Assembly: GCA_040389905.1 (NCBI GenBank)
Contig: JAZJZK010000005.1
Location: 96,001-160,000, forward strand
Direction of reading: 5' to 3'
Source of the DNA: Gemmatimonadota bacterium
GTDB taxonomy: Bacteria > Gemmatimonadota > Gemmatimonadetes > Gemmatimonadales > Gemmatimonadaceae
DNA length: 64,000 nucleotides
The notes under the pieces were generated by a model, which had not been told where the DNA came from, did not search any database, and saw nothing but the letters and a program-made list of their open reading frames with translations. Below, piece by piece: positions 9,532 through 17,873 of the stretch (position 1 is its first letter; each line of letters opens with the position of its first letter). The translations under genes and the position numbers were made by a program.

Positions 9532-10695
9532 CAGTTGTGGTCGTGACCCACGCCAAAGTTCGAACTGCACCGCAATCCAGATCGCCAGAATCGGCAACGC
9601 CAGACGATACGTCGTCGCGCTCGGCGTCCTGAACACGGCGCCGGGAATCAACGTCGACATCAGCGGGATCGTCACGAACGCCGTCCAGTACAGGACGGAG
9701 CGCCATTGTTCGCGCGGCGAACTCGCGAACCAAATGGAGGCGCCCGCGAATGCAATCACGTAACTCGCTCGTTCGGCCTGGTGGTTGAACAGCACCACGT
9801 AGAGCAGCACCGAGCAGAGGTAGAGCAGACGGAATCGCTCGTCACCCCAACGGGCGCGGCGCACAGCCAGCGGCGCGAGCAGGGCAACGGTGCCAGCGAG
9901 CTGCATGGGCCAGTTCGGCCATCCAGCTCCCGTCCACTGCTCCACGAGCTGCATGACCGAAAACCATCGTTGCAGGCTGTCACTCGCCTCGACACCCTGC
10001 CACGATTGGTACTGCGCCATCAGCGTGGCCGGCGAGGTGACCAGCAACGGGAGGGCGAGGAAGGCTATTCCGAGAGCCACCGCCCAAGCGGCGGTGCGCA
10101 GCGTCAGGCGCCGCGGCAGTGCGAACGAGAGCGCCGCAAGGGGAAAGATCTTGACGCAGGCGCCGAGCAACGCGGTTGCCGCCGCTCCCCACGCTTTTCC
10201 GCGCTCGAACGCCACGAAGGTCAACACGATCAGCGCGGCGACGAGTGCATTGCTTTGCGCATTCTGCATCGCCCGGAGCACTTCGAGTACCATGCACGCC
10301 TGCGCCACGACCGCAGCACGGGCAGGTAGCACGCGTCCTATCGCATAGAAGAGCAGGAGCGCGTTGAGCGAGCTCCACAGGAACAACGCGACCGGCCACC
10401 ATGTCCACGCGAAGGGTGCGAACAGGAGCGCAAAGGTCGGACTGTATTTGAAACGATCTACGTGTTGCTGCGGGTACTCGGCGTAGAGGTCCTCTCCGGA
10501 GAGAAGGTGGCGGGATGCAGTTCGAAAGATCTCGAAGTTGCCATCCGGCCGAGCCGCTTCGCGCAGGTCATCGACGTGTTCGTCGCGCACCACGCCGGCG
10601 AGCACACGATTGACCGCGGGCGTCGCCGCCAACAGCTTGCCCGCGGCGTCCGCCGCGGCGAGGAGAAGATAGAGACCGAGCAGAAAGCGCCGCAT
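9469..10695 (-). CDS. Glycosyltransferase family 87 (DUF2029-like) polytopic membrane protein
   Basis: NF.IFR.AS, DLY, FKYSPTFALLF.P, N.QSN, KIFP, E..SY.IA. Start could be 10695 or 10752. Confidence 0.82.
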   Translation of the reverse strand: MRRFLLGLYLLLAAADAAGKLLAATPAVNRVLAGVVRDEHVDDLREAARPDGNFEIFRTASRHLLSGEDLYAEYPQQHVDRFKYSPTFALLFAPFAWTWWPVALFLWSSLNALLLFYAIGRVLPARAAVVAQACMVLEVLRAMQNAQSNALVAALIVLTFVAFERGKAWGAAATALLGACVKIFPLAALSFALPRRLTLRTAAWAVALGIAFLALPLLVTSPATLMAQYQSWQGVEASDSLQRWFSVMQLVEQWTGAGWPNWPMQLAGTVALLAPLAVRRARWGDERFRLLYLCSVLLYVVLFNHQAERASYVIAFAGASIWFASSPREQWRSVLYWTAFVTIPLMSTLIPGAVFRTPSATTYRLALPILAIWIAVQFELWRGSRPQLNERGLGGLKRIKSDQPHAVL

Positions 10696-10797
10696 CCGCG
10701 GGAGCGGAATGGCGTCGAATCGCGCGCGGGCTCGGTGGGCGAGCAGGTGCACGGGAGAAAACCAGGCAGGAAGAGGCGGCCCTCTCGTACCGGGCCG

Positions 10798-11106
10798 TCA
10801 GGTGCTATAGTACTCCTTGATGCACATCGTAACCACGCGCTGCAACAATCTCACCTGATCCGCCGGGTCCGACATTGCCCGTACTTCTGGCAGTGCGTTC
10901 CAGATGTCCTTGAGCACGATCAGCAATTGCTCGGGCAACATGCTTTTCTCGCGCGCCTCGGATGCCACCCGAAATAACGCCAGTTGCAGCGGACTCGGCG
11001 ACAAGCCATTCGATAGGTACTGCCGAAGCGCCGCTCGCAGGGCGTCGACGGTTTCCGCGTTCAGGCGACTCGGCGGAATCTGGCTCGAGTCGTGCGCCAT
11101 CATCAT
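10798..11106 (-). CDS. Small helical hypothetical protein
   Basis: ...EAREKSMLPEQLLIVLKDIW..LPEV...LLQRVVTMCIKEYY; coding-like codon use. The longer ORF call is antisense to the neighbouring gene. Confidence 0.7.
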   Translation of the reverse strand: MMMAHDSSQIPPSRLNAETVDALRAALRQYLSNGLSPSPLQLALFRVASEAREKSMLPEQLLIVLKDIWNALPEVRAMSDPADQVRLLQRVVTMCIKEYYST

Positions 11107-11310
11107 GCTGTACGAACGTCTTCGGGTGGGGTCAGAAAGCCAGGACACGAGCGAACTCGTCGTCGTATCCACGAGACGAATGTTTACCCGCGCAGCCCGC
11201 ACGTCAAGTGCGAAAGGCGTGGCATGAGCACTGATCTTGGTCCTGCTCTTGCTGCAAAAGACGGATACACCCGTCACCCTCGTCGCGATGTCTGTCGCCC
11301 GGATGACGAC

Positions 11311-11670
11311 GTGAGCCGTCACGCCGTTCTCGTCCTTTCGGTTGATCCACTTGCCGCGGCACTGATCGCCGCCTCCGTCGAGCTCTCGGAGCTTGCACCG
11401 CACTTCGCGCAGCAAGGGGAATCCGCCAGAGCCGCACTGCGTCGCGTTCGACCGAGGCTCGTCGTCATCGACTGTGCCCATGAAGAGGGCTGCTCCGATG
11501 AGTTCGTCGGCCCGGCGCTCATGATGGGTGCGCGCACCGTCCTCATCCGCTCGCATCGCGAGCCCCGCGCCATCGATGATTTCGCGGAACGCCTTGGGCT
11601 GCGCGTCTTCGACATGCCACAGGACCACGAGGAGCTGACACGCCTCTTCGCCGAACTCCTCGCCGAGTAG
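11311..11670 (+). CDS. Hypothetical protein resembling a degenerate single receiver domain
   Basis: VLVLSVD-helix...RPRLVVID pattern matches REC beta1/alpha1/beta3; conserved Lys-Pro not evident; GTG start assumed. Confidence 0.55.
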   Translation: MSRHAVLVLSVDPLAAALIAASVELSELAPHFAQQGESARAALRRVRPRLVVIDCAHEEGCSDEFVGPALMMGARTVLIRSHREPRAIDDFAERLGLRVFDMPQDHEELTRLFAELLAE

Positions 11671-11677
11671 CCGCCAG

Positions 11678-12163
11678 TTGCGCGTTTCATCAACACGGGC
11701 TCGCTATGTCTTGCTGGCAATGCTCACCGTTGGGATCGGCCTAGCCGTTCATTTCGGCGGGCACGGCCTTCCTGGTGGCTTGCGTGACCCGCTCGGTGAT
11801 GCGTTGTGGGCCGCGATGGTCTATTGGATCGTCAGCGCGCTGAGCCCGACTGCGTCTCCGCTTGGCAGATCGCTCGCGGCCATCGCGTTCTCCTATGTCG
11901 TCGAATTCAGCCAACTCTACCATTCCCCATGGTTAGATGGACTGAGAGCGACGGTGCTCGGCCAACTCGTTCTTGGATCCGGTTTCGACGCGCGCGATCT
12001 GCCCGCGTATGCGGTCGGCGTCGCCATCGCCGCGACGATCGATCGCATCACATTCGCGCGTTCCAGTACTGAAACAGCCAATTCCAGCGTTGTCACCCGG
12101 AGCGAGCGCAGCAGCCTGCCCTCGAGGAGCGCAAGCGACGAAGGGAGAAGGTCTGCACCTTAA
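11678..12163 (+). CDS. DUF2809-like membrane protein
   Basis: GDALWA.MVY, EFSQLYH.PWLD.LR.T.LG.LVLG.GF...DL.AY.VG. Confidence 0.8.
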   Translation: MRVSSTRARYVLLAMLTVGIGLAVHFGGHGLPGGLRDPLGDALWAAMVYWIVSALSPTASPLGRSLAAIAFSYVVEFSQLYHSPWLDGLRATVLGQLVLGSGFDARDLPAYAVGVAIAATIDRITFARSSTETANSSVVTRSERSSLPSRSASDEGRRSAP

Positions 12164-12206
12164 CCCAGACTGAACGTGCAGATCCCTCGACTTCGCTCGG
12201 GATGAC
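12090..12206. repeat. REP doublet (TGTC-type) with expanded left unit
   Basis: ttgtcacccggagcgagcg...tgcaccttaacccagactgaacgtgcagatccctcgacttcgctcgggatgac. Confidence 0.85.
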
Positions 12207-12247
12207 TTCACATGTTGGCCAAGCCGGTAGTTCCGACGCACGCTGCG

Positions 12248-12859
12248 CTAGGATTTCGGCTCTGCCCAGCCCGCTACCCTCTCGAGCCGAGCGAAAACGT
12301 CGTTGAAGAACGCCGCCACATCGAGCTCAAACGGCATTGTTGCTAACGCAGGGAACCACGTCATCTCGCCGCGAAAGACCGTCGCCTCGCGGTCCTCCGG
12401 ACGCCATCGCTCGAACGTGCGTTCGTCGGCATCAACAACCCAGTAGTCCGGAACTCCGACGCGCTGAAAGTACTTCCGTTTGGTGACGCGGTCATGTCGG
12501 ACGCTGCCCGGAGAGATGACCTCGACTGCCAGCAAGAGCCGCGCGACCTGACTCCAATCATGCCAAGGTTTGCCGTCGCGCAGTGACCCGTACGGCACGA
12601 CAAAAATGTCGGGCTGCGTTACCGTCCCTAGCTCCAGCTCGAGATCTGCTGGAGCGGTGAGCGCCAGACCGAGCCGTTGGTCGTCGACGTATTCCGCAAG
12701 CAGCCGCAGCAACTGAGTGATCACGAACTGGTGCACGTTCCGCGGCGCCGGCGTCACGAGCAGCTCACCATCGATGAGCTCATAACGAGGCCAGCGGCGA
12801 GAATCACTGCTGAGATTCCGGACCTCCTCAGCAGTCCACTTACGGGTGGCGGCAGGCAT
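12248..12859 (-). CDS. Uma2 (DUF820) family endonuclease-fold protein
   Basis: RYELIDGEL.V.PAP...HQ, QPDI.VV, LAVEV.SPGS...DR..KR..FQ..GV..YW.VD. Start is 12859 or 12865. Confidence 0.9.
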   Translation of the reverse strand: MPAATRKWTAEEVRNLSSDSRRWPRYELIDGELLVTPAPRNVHQFVITQLLRLLAEYVDDQRLGLALTAPADLELELGTVTQPDIFVVPYGSLRDGKPWHDWSQVARLLLAVEVISPGSVRHDRVTKRKYFQRVGVPDYWVVDADERTFERWRPEDREATVFRGEMTWFPALATMPFELDVAAFFNDVFARLERVAGWAEPKS

Positions 12860-12977
12860 GACCATAGTGTGCTCGGCTCGGCGGAAAAAACGCAAGTGCC
12901 CATCCACCAATGTCGCCGAGCGCGCCGAGTTGAGCGTCATCATTCAAACGCAGCGTCGCATCATTCCACCGCGTCGC

Positions 12978-14468
12978 TCAGGCCACCGCGACTCGCTTTC
13001 CTCGCTGCGAAAAGACGCGCTGCGCATCACAGGCGTCGCAGTTGCTGCACACCCAGTCGTCCTCCACTGGCTCACCGAAGTATTCCAGCAGGAATCGCGT
13101 TCGGCAGCGCGCACTCTGGCAGTACCCGACCATCGCGCGAAGCTTCGCGCGGTCCTGCTCGCGGCGCGCTTCATAGTCAGTGAGGTCCGCACTCAGGTCG
13201 ATCGAGGTTAGTCGGCTCTGGAGCCGTTCCCAACCGCCACCACGATGCTCGCGAACGAGCCCATGTCGCTTCAGCAGTACGAGGACCACGCGCGTCTTTC
13301 GACGAGCGACGCCGGATTGATCCGCGAGGTCGTCGAGCTCGACGCGTTCGAGCAACGGATACTGCTCCAGTAGCAAGGCAACTTTCGCCGCTTCTTCCAC
13401 GTCCGGATACTTGCCGCCGAGGAAGTACGACTGGACGCGAGAATCTTCGACGCGGTAAAGAATGGTACAGACCGCAGGCAAGCCATCACGCCCCGCGCGG
13501 CCAGCCTCCTGATAGTACGCCTCCACGGATCCCGGAAAGTGGTAGTGCAATACGAACCGGAGATCACGCTTGTCGATACCCAGCCCGAACGCGTTCGTCG
13601 CGATGATCGAGCGGATCGTTCCTTCCATGAACGCATTCTGCGATGCCTTGCGATCGGCCGGATTCATCTTGCCGTGGTACAGCCCGATCGAGTAGCGGTC
13701 CTTGAGCAACGCGTGAAGCCGGTCCGCTTCCTTCACGGTTGCGGTGTAGATGATGCCACTCCCGGTGCTCTTCGTGAGAAGCTGTTCGATCGCAGCGTCT
13801 TTCTCAGCCTGATTCACTGTCCTCCGCACCTCGAAACGAAGATTCGGCCGGGCAAAGCCTGTGATGGTGATTTGCGGATCGCGCATGCCGAGCTGACGCG
13901 CGATATCGTCGCGCACTTCCGCGGTGGCGGTGGCCGTAAGCGCGAGGACGGGCGGCTTCCCGAGACGCGCGATCACCGAGCCGAGTGTGAGGTAGTCCGG
14001 GCGGAAGTCGTGGCCCCACTGGCTGACACAATGCGCCTCGTCGATGACGAAGAGCGCCACCCGGCGCGTGAGCAGCCGGTCGAAGAAGTCGCGATCCTTG
14101 AATCGCTCCGGAGTGAGGTACAGGATTTCGCCTTCTCCGTCAGATACCTGCCGCGCCGTCTCGCGGGCGTCGCCCGCCGAGAGATGCGAATGCATTGCGA
14201 GCGCGTCGACGCCGTGCGCGTGCAGTTTGTCCTGCTGGTCCTTCATCAACGCGATGAGCGGGCTCACCACGACGGTGAGCCCGGGCATCAACAGGGCAGG
14301 CAATTGATAGACGATCGACTTGCCGCTACCCGTCGGCATCACGACGAGTGCATCCTGTCCGTTCAGGACGGCGTTGATCGGCTCCCACTGTCCACGACGA
14401 AATCCCTCATGCCCGAAGCGCTCTCGCAGGGTCGCGAGAGCGCGGGCTTTGGTTGCGGCTGCTGGCAT
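12978..14468 (-). CDS. recQ: RecQ family ATP-dependent DNA helicase (short, no HRDC domain)
   Basis: MPTGSGKS, DEAHC.SQWGHDFRP.Y, LTATA, ATNAFG.GID, QEAGRAGRDG and Zn module CR...LL.YFGE...C.NCD.C. Confidence 0.92.
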   Translation of the reverse strand: MPAAATKARALATLRERFGHEGFRRGQWEPINAVLNGQDALVVMPTGSGKSIVYQLPALLMPGLTVVVSPLIALMKDQQDKLHAHGVDALAMHSHLSAGDARETARQVSDGEGEILYLTPERFKDRDFFDRLLTRRVALFVIDEAHCVSQWGHDFRPDYLTLGSVIARLGKPPVLALTATATAEVRDDIARQLGMRDPQITITGFARPNLRFEVRRTVNQAEKDAAIEQLLTKSTGSGIIYTATVKEADRLHALLKDRYSIGLYHGKMNPADRKASQNAFMEGTIRSIIATNAFGLGIDKRDLRFVLHYHFPGSVEAYYQEAGRAGRDGLPAVCTILYRVEDSRVQSYFLGGKYPDVEEAAKVALLLEQYPLLERVELDDLADQSGVARRKTRVVLVLLKRHGLVREHRGGGWERLQSRLTSIDLSADLTDYEARREQDRAKLRAMVGYCQSARCRTRFLLEYFGEPVEDDWVCSNCDACDAQRVFSQRGKRVAVA

Positions 14469-14502
14469 GGACCGGGGAAGGGCACGATCCGGGCCGGAGG
14501 CA

Positions 14503-14526
14503 TCGAGCCGAGACGCCTCGGCTCGA
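14503..14526 (-). terminator. Perfect 10-bp stem hairpin just downstream of hsp20 (terminator or stabiliser)
   Basis: tcgagccgag-acgc-ctcggctcga lies a few nt after the hsp20 stop; no clear U-tract. Confidence 0.45.
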
Positions 14527-14531
14527 CCGCG

Positions 14532-14966
14532 TTAGCCGTTCGTGCGAACCGTGATTTTTCTCGGCTGCGCTGCCTTGGCCTTTGGTACGACGACGGTCAG
14601 CAGCCCGTTCGAGAACGACGCGTCAATCGCCTCGCCGTCGACGAACTCCGGCATACGGACCGAACGTTCGAAGTTGCCGTGCGCACGCTCTGCGGCGAAG
14701 AGCCGCAGTTCATCTCCGGCCGCGACGTCGTAGCCGGCGGGCTTGGTGCCGCGAATGCTGAGGACGTTCTGCTCGAAGCGAATGTCCACCTGGTCGGGGC
14801 TGACGCCCGGCAGCTCGGCATGCACGAGATACGCATCGGCGCGCTCCGCCACATCGAGTGCGGGAATCCAGGCGCGGCCAGCCGAGGAATTGATTGCCTG
14901 ATCGAACACACGGTTCAAGGTCAGCATGCGATCGAGCGAGGACGGGAACGAGCGAGTGGTCAACAT
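14532..14966 (-). CDS. Hsp20/alpha-crystallin small heat shock protein
   Basis: W.PALDV.E, ELPGV, ER.HG.F.RS, A.F.NGLL.V.VPK; GGAGA RBS upstream of ATG 14966. Confidence 0.93.
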   Translation of the reverse strand: MLTTRSFPSSLDRMLTLNRVFDQAINSSAGRAWIPALDVAERADAYLVHAELPGVSPDQVDIRFEQNVLSIRGTKPAGYDVAAGDELRLFAAERAHGNFERSVRMPEFVDGEAIDASFSNGLLTVVVPKAKAAQPRKITVRTNG

Positions 14967-15141
14967 ATTGATGTCTCCATGGAGGAAATTGTGGGTGTGT
15001 CCGCCATGGTGGCGGTGACCCTCCAAGAGGCACGCGCTGGACCAGCGCGTAACTGCCACCGTGGCTGAGCGACAGTGCCGTGCTCGGTCCGATTGTCAGA
15101 CGGGCCTGACAAAAATGCATTCCAAGAGCGGGAAGAGCTCG

Positions 15142-15831
15142 TCAGCGTCGCGCGGCGGCCCGAGTGAAGTCGCGCAAGGCGTCCTTCCCCATCCAACGCG
15201 CGGTTGGATCCGCCGACTCCGACAGCCGCCGAGCGAGCGCAAGGGCGCGCACGTTGAGCGCCGCGTTGCGGCGGCCGACCATCCGCAACGCCCAGCTCAC
15301 TCCTTTCTTGACGAAATTGCGCTCGTCGGTCGCTTCGCGTTCTACGAGCTCCAGCCCGCGAATGAACTTGTCATCCCCCGCCGACTTGTCGTGTCCGGCC
15401 AGACTCGCCAAGAGCGCGAATGCAGCACGCTTCTCCCACGCGCCCTGCTTCGAAGCCCATTTCGACACCTTGTCCCAGGCGTGTGGGGTTTGATCGAACA
15501 GCTTGAAGCACAGCGTGTCGACGACGCCCCAATTATCGAACTCTCGGCACCATCGGTCCATTTGCGCCGACGTCACGCGCGCGGGTTCGTCGACGAACGC
15601 CGTCAACAGGCGCGCTTCATAGATATTCGTTTCCCAGAGCGCGGCGGCGAGCGCGTGGTTTCGGCTGAGCTGTTTGGTCAACCGCTGGATGTTCGCCATC
15701 GATACACCCAGTGGATTCGTGGCAGCGATCCCGAATCGGACCAGGTTGTCGCGGTCCTTTTTCGTGCTCTTTCGCTCGAGGCCGGCGAGCGCCCAGGCGA
15801 GCTGCTCGTCGAGAACGTTTTGAACTGTCAA
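15142..15831 (-). CDS. DNA alkylation repair protein (AlkD-like HEAT-repeat family)
   Basis: FGI.....GV....I, LA..LW....EAR.L, FDNW.V.D..C, D.RNFVKKGVSWALR..G.RN. TTG start overlaps the upstream TGA. Confidence 0.85.
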   Translation of the reverse strand: MTVQNVLDEQLAWALAGLERKSTKKDRDNLVRFGIAATNPLGVSMANIQRLTKQLSRNHALAAALWETNIYEARLLTAFVDEPARVTSAQMDRWCREFDNWGVVDTLCFKLFDQTPHAWDKVSKWASKQGAWEKRAAFALLASLAGHDKSAGDDKFIRGLELVEREATDERNFVKKGVSWALRMVGRRNAALNVRALALARRLSESADPTARWMGKDALRDFTRAAARR

Positions 15832-16187
15832 GGGCCCGCACCTCGTTCGAGGCAATCCACAAGGAGTCGGTCGAGCATCGCGTAGCCTTGGGTGACGCCT
15901 TCGGCCATGCGCGACGAAGGTACCCCATCGCGCGCCTCCTTGGAGGCATAACAAATGACAATGGTCAGGGTCGTCCAGTCGCCGTCCCCGACGAGCTCCG
16001 CCGTCGAGACAGCGTCGCCTGGATACCAGGGTGTGTCGAACAGCTCGGTGCTCACGATGCGCTCGGTGGGAATGATTCCGGCTTCGTGAGGGCGTCCCAG
16101 ACGAGTCTCTTCGGCGCGTGAAATCGGCGGGTCATCACGATCTCGCGGTCACCCGCGTGGCAATGTCGAGCGTTCTGTCTGCGTCAT
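15828..16187 (-). pseudogene. SRPBCC/AHSA1-like gene, frameshifted and internally deleted
   Basis: Fragments lie in different frames: TLDIAT / GDREIVMTRRFHAPKRLVWDALTKPE / IIPTERIVSTELFDTPWYPG...GYAMLDRLL. The usual middle segment of the family is missing. Confidence 0.8.
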
Positions 16188-16575
16188 CGGGTGTCTCGCT
16201 TTCGTCGTGAGCGCTTGGTCTTCGTCTCATCGGCCTGCATCTCGTCGCGGAGCGTGTCGAGGTTGGCGTACGATTGTTCCCAGAATTGGCGGTAGTGCTC
16301 CAGCCAGCCGCTCGCTTCGGCGAGGGCGCGTCCTTCGAGGCGGCGGGGACGACGTTGCGCATCTCGGCCGCGTGTGATGAGACCTGCGCGCTCGAGGACC
16401 TTCACGTGCTTCGAGATGGCGGGTTGGCTCATGTCGAATGGCTCTGCCAGCTCGGCGACCGAGGCTTCGCCGGTGGCCAGTCGGGCGAGGATGGCGCGTC
16501 GCGTGGGATCCGCGAGCGCGGCAAGGTCGCGTCGAGCCGATTCTGCGGCGCCTGAGCACAACCAGGTAGTTGCAT
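16184..16575 (-). pseudogene. ArsR/SmtB family transcriptional regulator with a 1-nt frameshift near the N-terminus
   Basis: The ATG 16575 frame reads ...NRLDAT and another frame continues AALADPTRRAILARL...SQPAISKHVKVLERAGL. One base is missing from the expected Phe codon at ~16523. Confidence 0.75.
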
Positions 16576-16590
16576 AACCGACAAGTTATG
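16557..16590. promoter_or_regulatory. Tandem inverted-repeat operator, probable ArsR autoregulatory site
   Basis: caac-caggta-gttg followed by perfect cataac-cgacaa-gttatg (16573-16590), overlapping the ArsR start. Confidence 0.6.
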
Positions 16591-16653
16591 TAAAGCTGGC
16601 GGCCGTCAAAGGCGAAATGACGCTCCCGACGTCGTTCATGCATATTGCCGCGC

Positions 16654-17568
16654 ATGAAGGTGACCGTGGTTGTGCCCACATATCGGCGGGTCGAGGATCT
16701 CGACAGGTGCCTCGCCGCGCTACGCGAGCAGACACGACCCGCGGAGGAAGTGCTCGTCACCATTCGGAATGACGACGCCGAGTCCACCGCACTCGTTGAA
16801 CAGAGCGCGCGAGGTTGGCCCTCTCTCCGCGCGGTACCTGTCAAGCGACCTGGAGTCGTTGCCGCGATGAACGCCGCACTCGCGGCCGTCACGGGCGACA
16901 TCTACGCACTCACGGACGACGACGCCGAACCGCACCGCGACTGGCTGGCGCGAATCGTACCGATTTTCGAGCAGCAGCCCGGCGTCGCAGCGGTCGGCGG
17001 CCGAGACGATCAGGTGGGGGCTCCAGGAGACAAAACCACGGTGGGCAAGCTGCAATGGTTCGGCAGAATCATCGGCAACCATCACGTCGGTGCCGGTCCA
17101 GCACGAGAGGTCGACGTCGTGAAGGGCGTGTGCTCCGCGTTTCGGATGTCGGCGCTCCGCGAGATCGGATTCGACGAGCGCCTGCGCGGCTCCGGCGCGC
17201 AGGTCCACTGGGAGCTCTCACTCTGCCTCGCACTCGCGCGCGCAGGGTGGCGGTTGGTCTACGATCCCGCGATCCGCGTGCGCCACCATGTGGGAACACG
17301 ACACGACGCCGATCAACTCCACCGCGGGCGCTTCGCTGTGGAGCCCCACGAGAACGCAGTCTACAACGAGACGCTGGTGCTCGCCGAGCACCTGCGTGGC
17401 GCTCGGCGAGTGGCGTTCAAGCTGTGGGCGTCTGCGATCGGGACAGCGGTGGAACCAGGAGTGCTACAGGTGCCACGCGCGTTTCTGCGCGATGGTTTCG
17501 GCGCTCTTACGCGCTGGCGGGCGACGCAGCGAGCGAGAGGAGAAGGGTTTCGAGATGCGAGGCGTTGA
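16654..17568 (+). CDS. Glycosyltransferase family 2 (GT-A)
   Basis: VTVVVPTY.R...L.RCL..L, TDDD (DxD), FDE.L, L.YDP. Confidence 0.9.
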   Translation: MKVTVVVPTYRRVEDLDRCLAALREQTRPAEEVLVTIRNDDAESTALVEQSARGWPSLRAVPVKRPGVVAAMNAALAAVTGDIYALTDDDAEPHRDWLARIVPIFEQQPGVAAVGGRDDQVGAPGDKTTVGKLQWFGRIIGNHHVGAGPAREVDVVKGVCSAFRMSALREIGFDERLRGSGAQVHWELSLCLALARAGWRLVYDPAIRVRHHVGTRHDADQLHRGRFAVEPHENAVYNETLVLAEHLRGARRVAFKLWASAIGTAVEPGVLQVPRAFLRDGFGALTRWRATQRARGEGFRDARR

Positions 17569-17624
17569 ACGGATGATTTCGCCGCGCCGTGTAGCGGAGC
17601 ATTGGCAACGCGCGAGGCGATTTT

Positions 17625-17837
17625 ACCGCAGAGGGCCTGAGAGGCGCGAGGTACGCAGAGGAAAAGCGTAACAGCGGGGTGCTGCTTGTTTTGTCGCCCT
17701 GAGCAGAGCGAAAGGCCCGTACCTGCTGTTGCGCAGTTTCGTGAGGTGCGGGCCCTTCGCGTTGCTCAGGGCGACACAACAGGCGGATCGCTCCACCCCT
17801 GACGATCTGTAAGCTGCGGCTGACCACTGAGCACCTG
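17625..17837. repeat. Composite repeat cluster: CGCAGAG unit + REP doublet + heptamer-periodic arm
   Basis: accgcagagggcctgagaggcgcgaggtacgcagaggaaa (17625-17664); inverted REP pair 17692-17776; arm 17791-17837 similar to 1380-1426; lies between convergent genes. Confidence 0.85.
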
Positions 17838-17873
17838 GCGCATCTGCGGCCGGTGCTCCGCCAGTCCGGCGAA

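Noticed and set aside
10798..11628. 276-aa ORF as called in the track
   Set aside because: The N-terminal part is antisense to the 11311..11670 gene; only the last ~102 codons look coding.
12248..14468. Uma2 nuclease + RecQ helicase as an anti-phage defence system
   Set aside because: Both are common stand-alone genes; there are no other defence-island markers or compositional shift, and adjacency alone is insufficient.
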